From contig OY781964.1 of assembly GCA_963677485.1 (NCBI GenBank), positions 1,920,001 through 1,984,000 on the forward strand: a stretch of DNA of 64,000 bases. Reading direction: 5' to 3'. The translations under genes and the position numbers were made by a program. The notes under the pieces were generated by a model. It did no database searches. It was not told where the DNA came from and saw only the letters and a program-made list of their open reading frames with translations. The DNA is from Armatimonadota bacterium (GTDB taxonomy: Bacteria; Armatimonadota; HRBIN16). Each line of letters starts with the position of its first letter. Position 1 is the stretch's first letter. Positions 30,680 to 40,816 of this stretch are shown piece after piece.

Positions 30680-32527
30680 ATGAAGCGGTTCCTGTTATCA
30701 TTCGTCATCTGGTCACTGATCACGGCAGCGACTGCCGGGTTGGTGGTCGTCAGTGCGATTCGTCTCGTCAAGCTGCGCTCCCTTTGCCATGAACTCTGTA
30801 TAAGTATCACTCCTCAAGTAATAGATGATATGATCTGGCAGATTTCCTGGTTTGCACCTGAGCGTGAGTTGCCGTTTTCACTGGGAACATACTTTAGTCC
30901 CCTGACTCCCACATCTGCCACCAAGCTCTGGATGAACCACCGAAAGGAATACGGTGACCGGGCACTCTACGCTCTGCTGGCACAAAAGATCCGAAACAAG
31001 CCTGTTGAAGACATTTATTCACCCATACCGATCGTCCGTGCAGACTACGTGGCGTTCATGAGGCGTGGCGAGAAGATGGATCCGGGGAATGCGCTATACA
31101 ACCTGAAGCTGGCTCGACAATACTGGAGTTGCGCTGTGCGGTTCCAACCCAATGCGATCGCGATATCGAAACCACATGGCATATGTATGGCGCCATCTAT
31201 GGCTGAGCCATCGACAACACCATACCTCAGTCAAATCTACCAAAACACACGAAATGGACGAATGCGCGTCATCAACCAGCAGTACCTTGACCTGGGGATA
31301 TCGGAATACCGCAAGGCTATGCGTAAACAACTCAGTACCTATGAGCCTGACCTGATAAGGAGAGCCATTAAGGCGCAACCCACCGCGTGGTGGACCGATG
31401 ACTACTACCAGAGGCTCTGCCTGTCATACCTTATGAGTGCTTGATCGATGGAGATGTTCCGTGCCCATAGCGATGTTGTGAAAGCTCTGGTACAAAACGG
31501 TAGACATCAGCAAGCGCTGGAATTGTTAAATGTGAACGCGTACGCCAACACCATGCTTGGTGATGCGGACGTGCCAGATTCCGTGCTCCAGACCACCATG
31601 TTGCAGATATGCGAGGATGTGGCCATGAGTCATGATATCGAACTGGTGGCAGGCCACAATGAAAAAGCGGAAATACTCCGCCTGCTTTATGACAGGTTCC
31701 GATATGACCGGTTGGATGATAGCGCACGCATCGATAGCGACTATGAACCCTCGCAGATTACAATGGCGACCCTCGTGTTGCAGGTCATTTGGCTGACAAT
31801 AGTGATTGTCTGTGTTTTGCTGATGTATATTGGCGCATTGCGACAGGCTGGATGGTGGGCAGTGAAGCTTTGCTCACGACATCGCACCGTACCTGCGGCA
31901 GACCCATACATCCCTGGCTACATCAGGCGAAAGACTGCACGTGCGATGTGCATCGCAACCGCCGTCATTCTAGTTCCGTGGCCCTACTTGGTTACATATC
32001 ATATCTACATGGCTGCCTTATGGGCACTGCCGATTATATGGTTTGTATCCGGGTTGGTTTTGTACCGCCGTCTGATGACTCACTGCCGGCAGAATGATAT
32101 TCCCGTGCCAGACCCCAAAAGCCGGGCCATCACCTTTTGGCTTCCGGTTCTGCTGGCTGTGGTGGTGGTGATATACAGCGAGGTTGTCAACCGTATATAT
32201 ACATCGGAGTTCGTGGTATCAACTGTGCTGGCCATCAGCACCAGTCTGTTGGTGCTGGCGTTGATTGGCGTCACCTGGGTCAAATGGCGTACACCAGACT
32301 ACTATACGATGGTCAACAGGCTTGTGCAGAGGCAACTGGCCTGCCTGACGGTGTTTGCATCCGTGATGGCCGTATTGCTGATGGCTCTTGAGGTGGTCAC
32401 CCTCCGGCTTGATAACACAAACATCGGCGTGTATAAGTCAGCGGAGTTGGTAGTGAATCAAAACAAAGCCGCTAACCGCAAGTTAGTACAGCAGGTGCAA
32501 CGGATCCTGAAGGCCGAGGGGCCGTAG
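30680..32527 (+). pseudogene. Array paralogue 4, interrupted by one in-frame TGA (31442..31444)
   Basis: The ORFs ending at 31444 and starting at 31448 are in frame (...LMSA*SMEMF...); together they give a full-length paralogue with DPGNALYNL and 6 TMs. Confidence 0.75.
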
Positions 32528-32747
32528 GGGCGTGGTCTCCACGCCCTGGGGCATGGCGCGGTGGGCCTAAATCGATAGGGGCAACCCCCCGTGGTTGCCC
32601 ACCATCGGTTGCCATCCGTCCCATCCGTAACATCCGTCCGATTCCCGGATTGTCTGAACCACGGATTACGCGGATTACACGGATGGGTTCGGATGGGAAG
32701 GGAGGCCAATCGGGAGATCGGCGTTCCCAGGGGGACAGTGCCCCTAC
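32524..32747 (+). repeat. Family A spacer repeat 4
   Basis: Bracketed by GTAGGGGC ... GCCCCTAC, with the same internal modules. Confidence 0.9.
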
Positions 32748-32783
32748 AATAATATAGGTATGACGGAATCTGAGGTAAACTGA

Positions 32784-34724
32784 ATGTCACGAACCTGGTT
32801 ACGCACGTTGTTATTATCTCTCACGATGCTGGGGTTGTGTGCGCTCTGGTCGTCGCGCCTGACCAACCTGATAAAGGCCGACGATGTGATCTATGGTTGC
32901 CATTGGGGAGACGAAGATGAATTTTGGACTAAGCAATTCAGAAATCTACCCACCATCTGGCCTGATCCGGCATTGGGACAGAAGATGCTGGATGAGTATG
33001 ACTTTGGATTTGCGTCTGCTGCCCATCTACCTGCACAGTATGCTCGAATGCGTGCTCAATTGGGCGAACAAGCATGGTATGCATTAACAGTCAGGAAAGG
33101 TCCGATTCACCAGACGAACACCGCACCTGGAGCACAAAAGTTATTGGCCCAACCTTTCCTCGACAGGATTGCTAAAGGTAAGAAGCTCGATCCGGGCAAT
33201 GCATTGTACGACCTTCGATTAACGGGCTATTACCTAAGCAACGCATTTGGTGAAATCTACAATGCTCAAGGGCCTTCGACTCCTGGTCAGGTGAGCGTAG
33301 ATTATAAACCGGGTGAATACCTACATCGTTATGTACTTAAAGACCAGAAGATGCTTGCGCTAGGAGCTGTCTCTTATCTTCACGCGTACCAGAAGGAATT
33401 GAAAAGTTACCGGCTTGATGGTGTATACTGCTATCTTGACCTTCTGCCTGGGCCCTATATTGCCGAACACTATTACCAAAGGTTTCAACTTGTTTACTCA
33501 GTTCGACCAGATGATGTTGACTTCATTAACCATATCACACAAAAGGCAGCGGCTGCTTCACTACTGCTCGCGCACACAGGTCATCGGGACCTTGCCATAC
33601 GCATCGCAGACAGCATCCCGCAATTCTACGAGACCACTGTGAAGTCCATGTTCACCGACCGCGGTGACGTGCCAATCGGTTACATAAGACGAAAAACCAA
33701 CATCTGTTTGCAGGCCGCTCAGGTGGCTGGTGACAAGCCGCTAAGCCAAAAGCTTGGCCTATTAACCGACGGCCTGACAAAGATGATGGTAGGGTGGAAA
33801 AAGCAACGACAGACAGTCGATTCAGAGAAGATGTTCAGCGAATTACATATGGGTAATGTCGCCGCAAACCTGAGGTATTTCGTCACCTCCCTTCCACCGA
33901 TACCAGTCCAGTCATATAAAGCCAGCCGGATGGTGGAAAACACCTTGCTGGATGAAATCACGTGCAGCTACATACTGCTGGGGCTGGCCGGTTTATGGTT
34001 GCTAAGCTGGCTGAGGGAGCTCGGATGGCAGAGACACCTGCGCAAGATGGTATCCACACTGCCTCCGCTGGACTGGTGGTACATCATGAAACTGCCGCTG
34101 ATGATAGCTGGTTTAGGCACACTGATATGGGCGATGATCTGCCAACTAAGCTGGGTGCCGTGGCGTGCGGACGCCCCGGGTACGAATTGGTGTCTGGTCT
34201 CAATCATCATGTATGTGGTGGTGAGCATCGGTCTGCCTTGGCTGATGGCTCGCTGGCGGTTTAAAAGCTGGTGTCAGCACAACGGTGTTCCGGTGCCAGG
34301 CCGGTCGCAGGAGATCGGTTGGAATGTGGGACTGTTACTGACGCCCGTCGTGCTTCTGCTGTTGAATTACGGCTCGATGACTCTCTTTACGCAAGAAGAT
34401 GCCAGGTATCCCATCATTGTGTTCACACTGTGCTGCCTGGTGGTGTTGGTAATTGATCAACGAAGCAAGATGAAAAACGCCGTTTACTTTGCTTCCGCCA
34501 ACCGGCTGATGCAGGTGTTCTGGGCGTGGTGCCTGATCGCAATCTCACTCAGCACCATGCCGTTCCTGCTCATCCGTGAGGTCGCATGGCTTCGGCAAGA
34601 TACCGTGGGCATCGGCTCATGGCGTGACTACGAAACCGCCACCGCCTTCGCACGCCATGAAGCGCGACTCACTCACAAGGAGCTGGAGCGGATGTTTACG
34701 AATGCGGGTTGGAAGCTGAAGTGA
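32784..34724 (+). CDS. Array paralogue 5 (most divergent): membrane protein
   Basis: DPGNALYDL, EHYYQR, VPVPGRSQE, YFASANR and MPFLLIREV.WLRQDTVGIG. Confidence 0.8.
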   Translation: MSRTWLRTLLLSLTMLGLCALWSSRLTNLIKADDVIYGCHWGDEDEFWTKQFRNLPTIWPDPALGQKMLDEYDFGFASAAHLPAQYARMRAQLGEQAWYALTVRKGPIHQTNTAPGAQKLLAQPFLDRIAKGKKLDPGNALYDLRLTGYYLSNAFGEIYNAQGPSTPGQVSVDYKPGEYLHRYVLKDQKMLALGAVSYLHAYQKELKSYRLDGVYCYLDLLPGPYIAEHYYQRFQLVYSVRPDDVDFINHITQKAAAASLLLAHTGHRDLAIRIADSIPQFYETTVKSMFTDRGDVPIGYIRRKTNICLQAAQVAGDKPLSQKLGLLTDGLTKMMVGWKKQRQTVDSEKMFSELHMGNVAANLRYFVTSLPPIPVQSYKASRMVENTLLDEITCSYILLGLAGLWLLSWLRELGWQRHLRKMVSTLPPLDWWYIMKLPLMIAGLGTLIWAMICQLSWVPWRADAPGTNWCLVSIIMYVVVSIGLPWLMARWRFKSWCQHNGVPVPGRSQEIGWNVGLLLTPVVLLLLNYGSMTLFTQEDARYPIIVFTLCCLVVLVIDQRSKMKNAVYFASANRLMQVFWAWCLIAISLSTMPFLLIREVAWLRQDTVGIGSWRDYETATAFARHEARLTHKELERMFTNAGWKLK

Positions 34725-34730
34725 TGGTGT

Positions 34731-34876
34731 GTTTGCCCACCACCGGTCGAATCCGTCCGATGCCGCCCCGTCAATCACAGAAAGACCGCCCCGGTTAGGA
34801 GAAAACCGGCGCGGACATAGGCACTGGGAGCCAATCGGGAGATTGGCGTTCCCGGGGGAGGCGTTCCCGGGGGGCA
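34731..34876. repeat. Partial family A elements closing the array
   Basis: ATCCGTCCGATGCCG and GCCAATCGGGAGATTGGCGTTCCCGGGG modules. Confidence 0.7.
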
Positions 34877-34889
34877 TCCCCTTTACCCG

Positions 34890-37676
34890 CTAAAACCTCG
34901 CGCTGATGTCAAAGTCCATGGTGCCGGCGCGGTAGTTGTATTTCGCACTCTCGGGGTCGTTGTTCTTGCGATCGGTCAGTTTATACCCGATGGTCAGGGT
35001 GAAGAACCGCGCGAAGTTATACTGGTAGCCGGTGCTGAACTCCACATCCGAACTGCCGTAGTTGCCGGTCAGACGGCTGTTTCGGTACTGGGTATACAGG
35101 TTCATCTTTTCTCTGAAGGGGTAGTCCAGCCTTGCACTATATCCGTCTAGAATTTGATGGGGGTCGCCCAGATAACTGCTTCCTGTGGTGGTGTCGGTGA
35201 ACTGATTGTTGGTGATCATGTGCTGACCATCCAGGCTGAGGCTCAGCTTTCCAAACGGGCCCATCCGCAGCGTGCCCTGCACTACATTGTTGGTGGCGTT
35301 GTCGGTACTGCCCACGTACCGAACATCCTGTGTGAGGTATCGCAGGCTCATGTCTGCCCACTCTACAGGATGGTAAGCCATGCCCAGGTCATAACCGCGC
35401 ATGTCGGTGTTGGTCAGGTTATCACCGGCACTATAGCTGGTGAACAGATTGGCGTCCAGGTTCAGACGGTCGCTCAAGCTCCAGGTGGCGTTCACGGTGT
35501 GGCCTTCAGTTTTCACCCCCACGTTACTGTAACCAAAGCCGGTTCCCCCACCAATCACCGTGCCACCACCAGACCCTGTGCCTGTGTCGGTGAGGCTGCT
35601 CAATGATCCGCTGTCTCGCAACGAGTACTGGTATCCCAGCGATATTCGGTCTGTGGGCGTGTATTTGGCATTGATGCTGCCGTCCGCTACGTTCCCGCTT
35701 GTGCCGTTGTTTTTTTGTTTACCGATCGACATTACGCTGCTCATCGTAAACCGCCGGCTTTCGGTCCAGCTAATGTTAGTTTTCAGTATCTGGCTCTCAG
35801 CAACGTATTGTTGCCCGGTAGTTCCTACAGTGTAGATGTTGTCGCCGCTCGCCTTGGTGTTCACAAAATCGAGGCTCAGGTTCACAGCTTTCATGCTCTT
35901 GCTCATGCCGATGCTGCTGCTGTCCTGTGTGCTGTTGCCGGTACTGGCCCCAGAGTTAGTGATGCTCTTCCAGCCCATCCTCAGCATCGGACCTTTCGAT
36001 AACTGCCATGTGGCATCCGCCTGCTGAGTTACAGTTTGGGGATCATACGCGCTGGAGGTGGCACTGGTGTCGGTGGTAAGGCTGCTGTAGTAACTGGGCA
36101 CCTTATACCGCTCATCCAGATACCGGAAACCATAGTTTGTGTCGGTATAACTGATTTCGTTGCGCATACCCCGCTCCTGGCGTTGAAACCCTACCGATTC
36201 CACAGGCGTGAAGTTGTCATCGACATCTTTCAATGACCCCGTCCAGTGCAGCTTCCCTACTTCAGTCTCCATTTTGATCGACTGACCAGCACCGGTCACA
36301 GGCAAGCCGCTTTTCGTGCTGGTGCTGTTAGCGAAGGCGTAACTCACCTTCCCCCAGCGACCCAGTTTGTAGTTGGCGTCGTATCCAGTCACCGATCCGC
36401 TGCCAGCGGCACTGCTGTCCACACGGGGGATGTAGGTGATTTTGATCAGACTCGTGCTTGGCACAGACCGGTTGAAATAGATGCGGTAGCTGCTGGTATC
36501 ATCGAGGAAGAAGTCGCCCTCTCCCCGCTTATAGCCGCGGATCTGGGGTATACCATCCACTAACGCGGTGATGGCCGTGCCTGTTTGGACCGCATACTGC
36601 AGCTCATACGGTGCCAGCGGGTTATTGTATCCATAAAACTGGTCCACTTTGGTGAGCAGCGTTCCGCTGTTTTTCTGTGTCTGATCAAGCTGCATGTAAC
36701 CCAGAGTCAGATCCTTGTTAAGCTGAGATTCCATGCGGTATCCCTGCAGGGTGCCTTCACCGTCGTTGTAACCCTGTGATTCGTAACTCGCCTCGATCAC
36801 ACTCGTCCGAGGTATGATGATGCCCTCTTTAAATGTCAGCATGCCCGCATAGGTGTCGATCTCATAGTCAACACCACGGCTTTTTGAAACGCCGTCGACG
36901 CGTATCTGTTCGGTGCCGTCGATGATCTGGCTGGCATTCAGGTAATATGGCCCGGCACTGTCCGTTCCATAAATGGTGACCGTACGCACCGTACCTCGCG
37001 TTTGACTGTACAACGCGACAAGTTTCATGCCCTTCATGCCAAGCGTGGTGGTCAGTTGTGCGCCGCTCAATGATTTGGTCATACTGGCCAGCTCATTGCC
37101 TTGCAGGCTGGCGTTGATATCCCCTAAATCCAACTTCAGCCACTTCCGGTCGTAGTTGATGGAGAACTTGTGATCCTGTGGGTTGCCAAAGGGGGTATTA
37201 CTCAGCCGCATATTGAAATTCAGCACATCGAAAACTTTGGTGCCCTGGATGGACAGTTCAGAGAAGTCGTTAAACGCCTTCTGTCCCTGACCGTAGTAGC
37301 TGGTTTCATTGTATGACGTGCCGTCGCCGCTGATTGAAGAGATGTGGTAGTTAAAGCTCTGGCGTCCGCTGAGTTTGATGCTCTGCTGCAGGTGCGGCAT
37401 CAGCCGCTTGGTCCAGGAGCCTTCTCCGCTGAATAACGATATTGCTGGAGTCTGCTTTTTCATGGGGCCAGCATTCAGGCCATCCGGGTTCAAGCGTGCC
37501 TCAGTCAGCCAGCCGCGGATCAACGCTTCGGGTGCTTCTGTGACCAACCAGGGGTTTTCCGGTGCCCAGCTCTCCGTCTTGAGGTGAAACAAGCTGGCCG
37601 TTTCCGGTGTGGGCAGAACCTGAGCGAATGCGGCTGATGCCGACACGAATGCGGCTAATATTACGAAGTACTTCAC
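34890..37676 (-). CDS. Large outer-membrane beta-barrel protein with SprA-N-like segment
   Basis: Signal peptide, beta-strand periodicity, terminal DISARF; IIDGTEQIRVDG....RGVDYEID..AG.LTF motif. Confidence 0.65.
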   Translation of the reverse strand: MKYFVILAAFVSASAAFAQVLPTPETASLFHLKTESWAPENPWLVTEAPEALIRGWLTEARLNPDGLNAGPMKKQTPAISLFSGEGSWTKRLMPHLQQSIKLSGRQSFNYHISSISGDGTSYNETSYYGQGQKAFNDFSELSIQGTKVFDVLNFNMRLSNTPFGNPQDHKFSINYDRKWLKLDLGDINASLQGNELASMTKSLSGAQLTTTLGMKGMKLVALYSQTRGTVRTVTIYGTDSAGPYYLNASQIIDGTEQIRVDGVSKSRGVDYEIDTYAGMLTFKEGIIIPRTSVIEASYESQGYNDGEGTLQGYRMESQLNKDLTLGYMQLDQTQKNSGTLLTKVDQFYGYNNPLAPYELQYAVQTGTAITALVDGIPQIRGYKRGEGDFFLDDTSSYRIYFNRSVPSTSLIKITYIPRVDSSAAGSGSVTGYDANYKLGRWGKVSYAFANSTSTKSGLPVTGAGQSIKMETEVGKLHWTGSLKDVDDNFTPVESVGFQRQERGMRNEISYTDTNYGFRYLDERYKVPSYYSSLTTDTSATSSAYDPQTVTQQADATWQLSKGPMLRMGWKSITNSGASTGNSTQDSSSIGMSKSMKAVNLSLDFVNTKASGDNIYTVGTTGQQYVAESQILKTNISWTESRRFTMSSVMSIGKQKNNGTSGNVADGSINAKYTPTDRISLGYQYSLRDSGSLSSLTDTGTGSGGGTVIGGGTGFGYSNVGVKTEGHTVNATWSLSDRLNLDANLFTSYSAGDNLTNTDMRGYDLGMAYHPVEWADMSLRYLTQDVRYVGSTDNATNNVVQGTLRMGPFGKLSLSLDGQHMITNNQFTDTTTGSSYLGDPHQILDGYSARLDYPFREKMNLYTQYRNSRLTGNYGSSDVEFSTGYQYNFARFFTLTIGYKLTDRKNNDPESAKYNYRAGTMDFDISARF

Positions 37677-37679
37677 GAA

Positions 37680-38729
37680 TTATACCACCGCGCTGAGCTG
37701 TTGGTGCAGCATGCGCTGCGCTAGCTCGCGTTGTTGAAGGGAAAAATCACGAACCCGCGCACTGTACCCAGCCACATCGGCGAATAAAGCATCCAACGCG
37801 TTCTCAATCTTTAGACGGCTGATATCTTGAGGTGTTACCAGCAGCTCCGGAAAGGACGGTTGCCACAACGCGCTGACCTTCGGATCGTATCCGATGCCCA
37901 CCGCAGGCAGCCCGCATGAGGCCCCCAATATCATCGCGTGAAGCCGCACCGCCAGCATACTCTGGCAACGACCGAACGCTTCTATCAGCTGTGATGCCGT
38001 GAGGGCATCTGTCAGCAACTCGCCTGGTAACTGCTCATGCAGCCTCTGGCACAACGGCGCATCTTCATTGGGCTGCATGGCGATGTAGAACGGGGTGAGG
38101 CCATGCTCCGGCAGCTTCGTAGAGAGAACCTGCATCAGCAGTTGCCAAAATCCATCGTTGAGACTTGGTGTGATGCGAGGGGCCACACCGAAGAGTGTGC
38201 TCTGTGCCTGTGCCGGCTCTGAGGGCATCAGAAAAGCGAGGTCAGCCCCCACCAGTGCTTTTTGATAACCAAACGTGGAGAGCAACTGGGCCGATTCGCT
38301 GTCGCGCAGCATCACCGAATCGGCCTGCGTAGCCAGCGCGGCTATCCAGCGTCCTAGCCATTCGCGGCGTATCGGGCCGATGCCCTGACCGCTCCACAGA
38401 ACTTTACATCCTGCGTGGCGCGCCATCATGGCCATCAACCCGTAATATACGGAATTTCGAACGCTGGTGACATCCTGAAACAGGCTGCCGCCACCCAGTA
38501 TAAACAGACTACTGCTTCGCATGGCCTGCCACACAGCCCGCATCTGCATTCTAGGCACGGCTTCACAGCCAAAGCTCCTCTGGCTTTGCTCCGGGCTGCC
38601 GCTCATCACACGTATGGGCTGCTCGGGTAACTGCGCACGCAGCACACCCACCAACCCATGATGCACAGCCTCATCGCCCAGGTTGCCAAAGCCGATGTAT
38701 CCGCAGGTCAGAACCCCTTTTCGGCTCAT
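37680..38729 (-). CDS. csaB: Polysaccharide pyruvyl transferase CsaB
   Basis: GYIGFGNLGDEA, LGGGSLFQDVTS.R...YY, GQGIGPI, RLHAMI and YDPKV. Confidence 0.9.
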   Translation of the reverse strand: MSRKGVLTCGYIGFGNLGDEAVHHGLVGVLRAQLPEQPIRVMSGSPEQSQRSFGCEAVPRMQMRAVWQAMRSSSLFILGGGSLFQDVTSVRNSVYYGLMAMMARHAGCKVLWSGQGIGPIRREWLGRWIAALATQADSVMLRDSESAQLLSTFGYQKALVGADLAFLMPSEPAQAQSTLFGVAPRITPSLNDGFWQLLMQVLSTKLPEHGLTPFYIAMQPNEDAPLCQRLHEQLPGELLTDALTASQLIEAFGRCQSMLAVRLHAMILGASCGLPAVGIGYDPKVSALWQPSFPELLVTPQDISRLKIENALDALFADVAGYSARVRDFSLQQRELAQRMLHQQLSAVV

Positions 38730-40645
38730 TCGTTACCCGCCAAAGCCTCCGCCTTCTCCACACCCTTCACCGCCAAACGGCTGAGCACATATCCGATCAC
38801 ACCACCCAGGATCACACCATACACCATCCGCAGCACGGATATTCCCAGCGGGGTATGGATGTGGCAGAAGGTGTTGAGCAGCGAAGCCTGCCCTAAGGCC
38901 CCTAACAGCAGCAAAGGCAGCCACCACCACTTGGGCCGGCCCAGTGCCGCCAGTGTGAGTGCCACAAACATGGCTGGGTGCCCTACCAGGAACTCCTTGG
39001 TGCGCGGTCGGACCACCATCACCCACTCCAGCAGACTGCGGAATTTCATCTCAATTGGGCTGACGCCCACTCCGGGCTCATTTCCAGTGCGCATCAGCAC
39101 AATGGCGATCAACGCCAGTCCGATGAGCAGCCCACCCGCCAGTCCGATGGTGATGGGGTATCCCGCGATGCTCTTCCAGAACGCCTTCAGCCGGTCGACC
39201 AACTGCTTCGTGTTCTTGCACTCGTTCACGTTCAGTCCCCAATACCAGGCTGTGGCCAGGATGGGAGCGAGGTGCGCGAATTTGATCCCGGCGAACTGGT
39301 TCGCCTTGATCATAAAGTCCAAATTCGCCAGGCATCCCACGATCAATAACGCGCCTAACAGGCTCCACAATACCATCGAACCAAACAGTTTCAACGCATG
39401 CTGAATTGGTGAACACCGGCACTCCTGAGTCAGCTTAATGGCAATCAGACCTAAAGATGGCAGTGCGATGGCAGCGGCCAACGCACACACTTTCAGTCCT
39501 GTCTCACCAGTCAGACCAAGCACCGCACCCAGCAGAAACACCAGAAATGGCAGCATGGCGTTCCCGGGCAGCACCAGCAAAGTCTCAATGAGCAGGATAA
39601 GCGCCACAAGACCGCCTGCACCCGCCAAGGCATTCACCACCGGCGGCACAGAGGGGTTCACCACGGGCTTGGGTCGCCCGACAGCTAAACCGCCCTTCAT
39701 GATTCCATCCCGTAACTGGCTGACAAAGTTGGACATGCCGGCCATCGCATCTTCATCTGTGACGCTGGGGATGCGCACATAACAGAGCCGGATGTTGCGT
39801 TCCTTCGCGGCCCGTTCGAAGCGGTCAACCATCTCCTCAGGGGTCAATGTGCCCATTTCAGCGGAGGGAATAGAATGGACACGCACGGTACGGTCGCGCA
39901 TTTTAGCAGTGAGGGCCATGTCACCCTTCTGCTTACCCATCTCAATGGTGCCATACATCAGTTCGCGCGCTTTCATTTGCTCCGATGTGTAGCCTATGAG
40001 GTCACGAAATCCTAATATCTCATCTGCGTTGAATATAACCACCGCGGCACCGCAGGCGACGGCATCATCCAGCCGCATCCGAATGTAAGCCTTTGTGGCC
40101 ACGGGGCTATTGCGTAATCGGGCGACTACCTGCAGGCCGCTTTGCTGAGCCGCCGCCACCATGCGGCGGTCAAGCCCTACCATCAAAACACGCAACTGGG
40201 CGGGGGTTGTGTTCGCCTGGAAGCTGACCCACCCTCCCTGAGGTGCCTGTGCGCTTAGCATGACTTTGCCTTGAGCTGGTTTGCCCAGCTTGGCGCTCCA
40301 GCCATACTGACCACCAAGCCTGGTGTTCAAACGCTGCAGCAGATTCGTGTTGGCCACCATCAAGGCGTTTGGTGCCCGCCACATGACATCACCGGAAAGC
40401 AATAGATCCTCTACGCTCTGTTCCGATATGGAAACGGAGGTGGCCCCAGCCTGACGAAGACGGTTCAAAATCGACAAGGGGCTGAAAGAGCTGTCAGCCG
40501 CTATTTGCAGTACCTGCTGGTCATCAACAGCAATCCCCACCATACGGCTGTCGCGTTCGGCACGCCAGCGCATAGCAGTACCGACCAGTGCAAAAATCGC
40601 ACTGATGATGATAAGCACAATGGCACTATTTCGAGACTTGTTCAT
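38726..40645 (-). CDS. DUF5693 family membrane protein
   Basis: RVHSI, RAAKERNIRL, VRPRTKEFLVGHP and NTFCHIHTP; overlaps the csaB start. Confidence 0.85.
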   Translation of the reverse strand: MNKSRNSAIVLIIISAIFALVGTAMRWRAERDSRMVGIAVDDQQVLQIAADSSFSPLSILNRLRQAGATSVSISEQSVEDLLLSGDVMWRAPNALMVANTNLLQRLNTRLGGQYGWSAKLGKPAQGKVMLSAQAPQGGWVSFQANTTPAQLRVLMVGLDRRMVAAAQQSGLQVVARLRNSPVATKAYIRMRLDDAVACGAAVVIFNADEILGFRDLIGYTSEQMKARELMYGTIEMGKQKGDMALTAKMRDRTVRVHSIPSAEMGTLTPEEMVDRFERAAKERNIRLCYVRIPSVTDEDAMAGMSNFVSQLRDGIMKGGLAVGRPKPVVNPSVPPVVNALAGAGGLVALILLIETLLVLPGNAMLPFLVFLLGAVLGLTGETGLKVCALAAAIALPSLGLIAIKLTQECRCSPIQHALKLFGSMVLWSLLGALLIVGCLANLDFMIKANQFAGIKFAHLAPILATAWYWGLNVNECKNTKQLVDRLKAFWKSIAGYPITIGLAGGLLIGLALIAIVLMRTGNEPGVGVSPIEMKFRSLLEWVMVVRPRTKEFLVGHPAMFVALTLAALGRPKWWWLPLLLLGALGQASLLNTFCHIHTPLGISVLRMVYGVILGGVIGYVLSRLAVKGVEKAEALAGNE

Positions 40646-40816
40646 CAGATTGTCACCTCCCGATCATACTATTCTATTGTACAGGAGTCTATACCCTGAC
40701 ATGAGTGGCCTTTCGTTGGCGCCAAAAAGGGTTGACTTCCAACACGGCATCTGTTCATGTAATAACCGAGCGTCAGGAGCGTGCTTGCTGAGGAGCTATG
40801 AGCGGCGGAGGGTGTT

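Noticed and set aside
1498-32527. Genome-wide stop codon reassignment suggested by two in-frame stops
   Set aside because: The two stops differ (TAG and TGA), and both codons terminate conserved genes normally elsewhere in the window.
24296-34876. Classical integron cassette array
   Set aside because: No RYYYAAC...GTTRRRY attC structure or integrase seen; the genes are paralogues, and the spacer core also occurs outside the array (53690).
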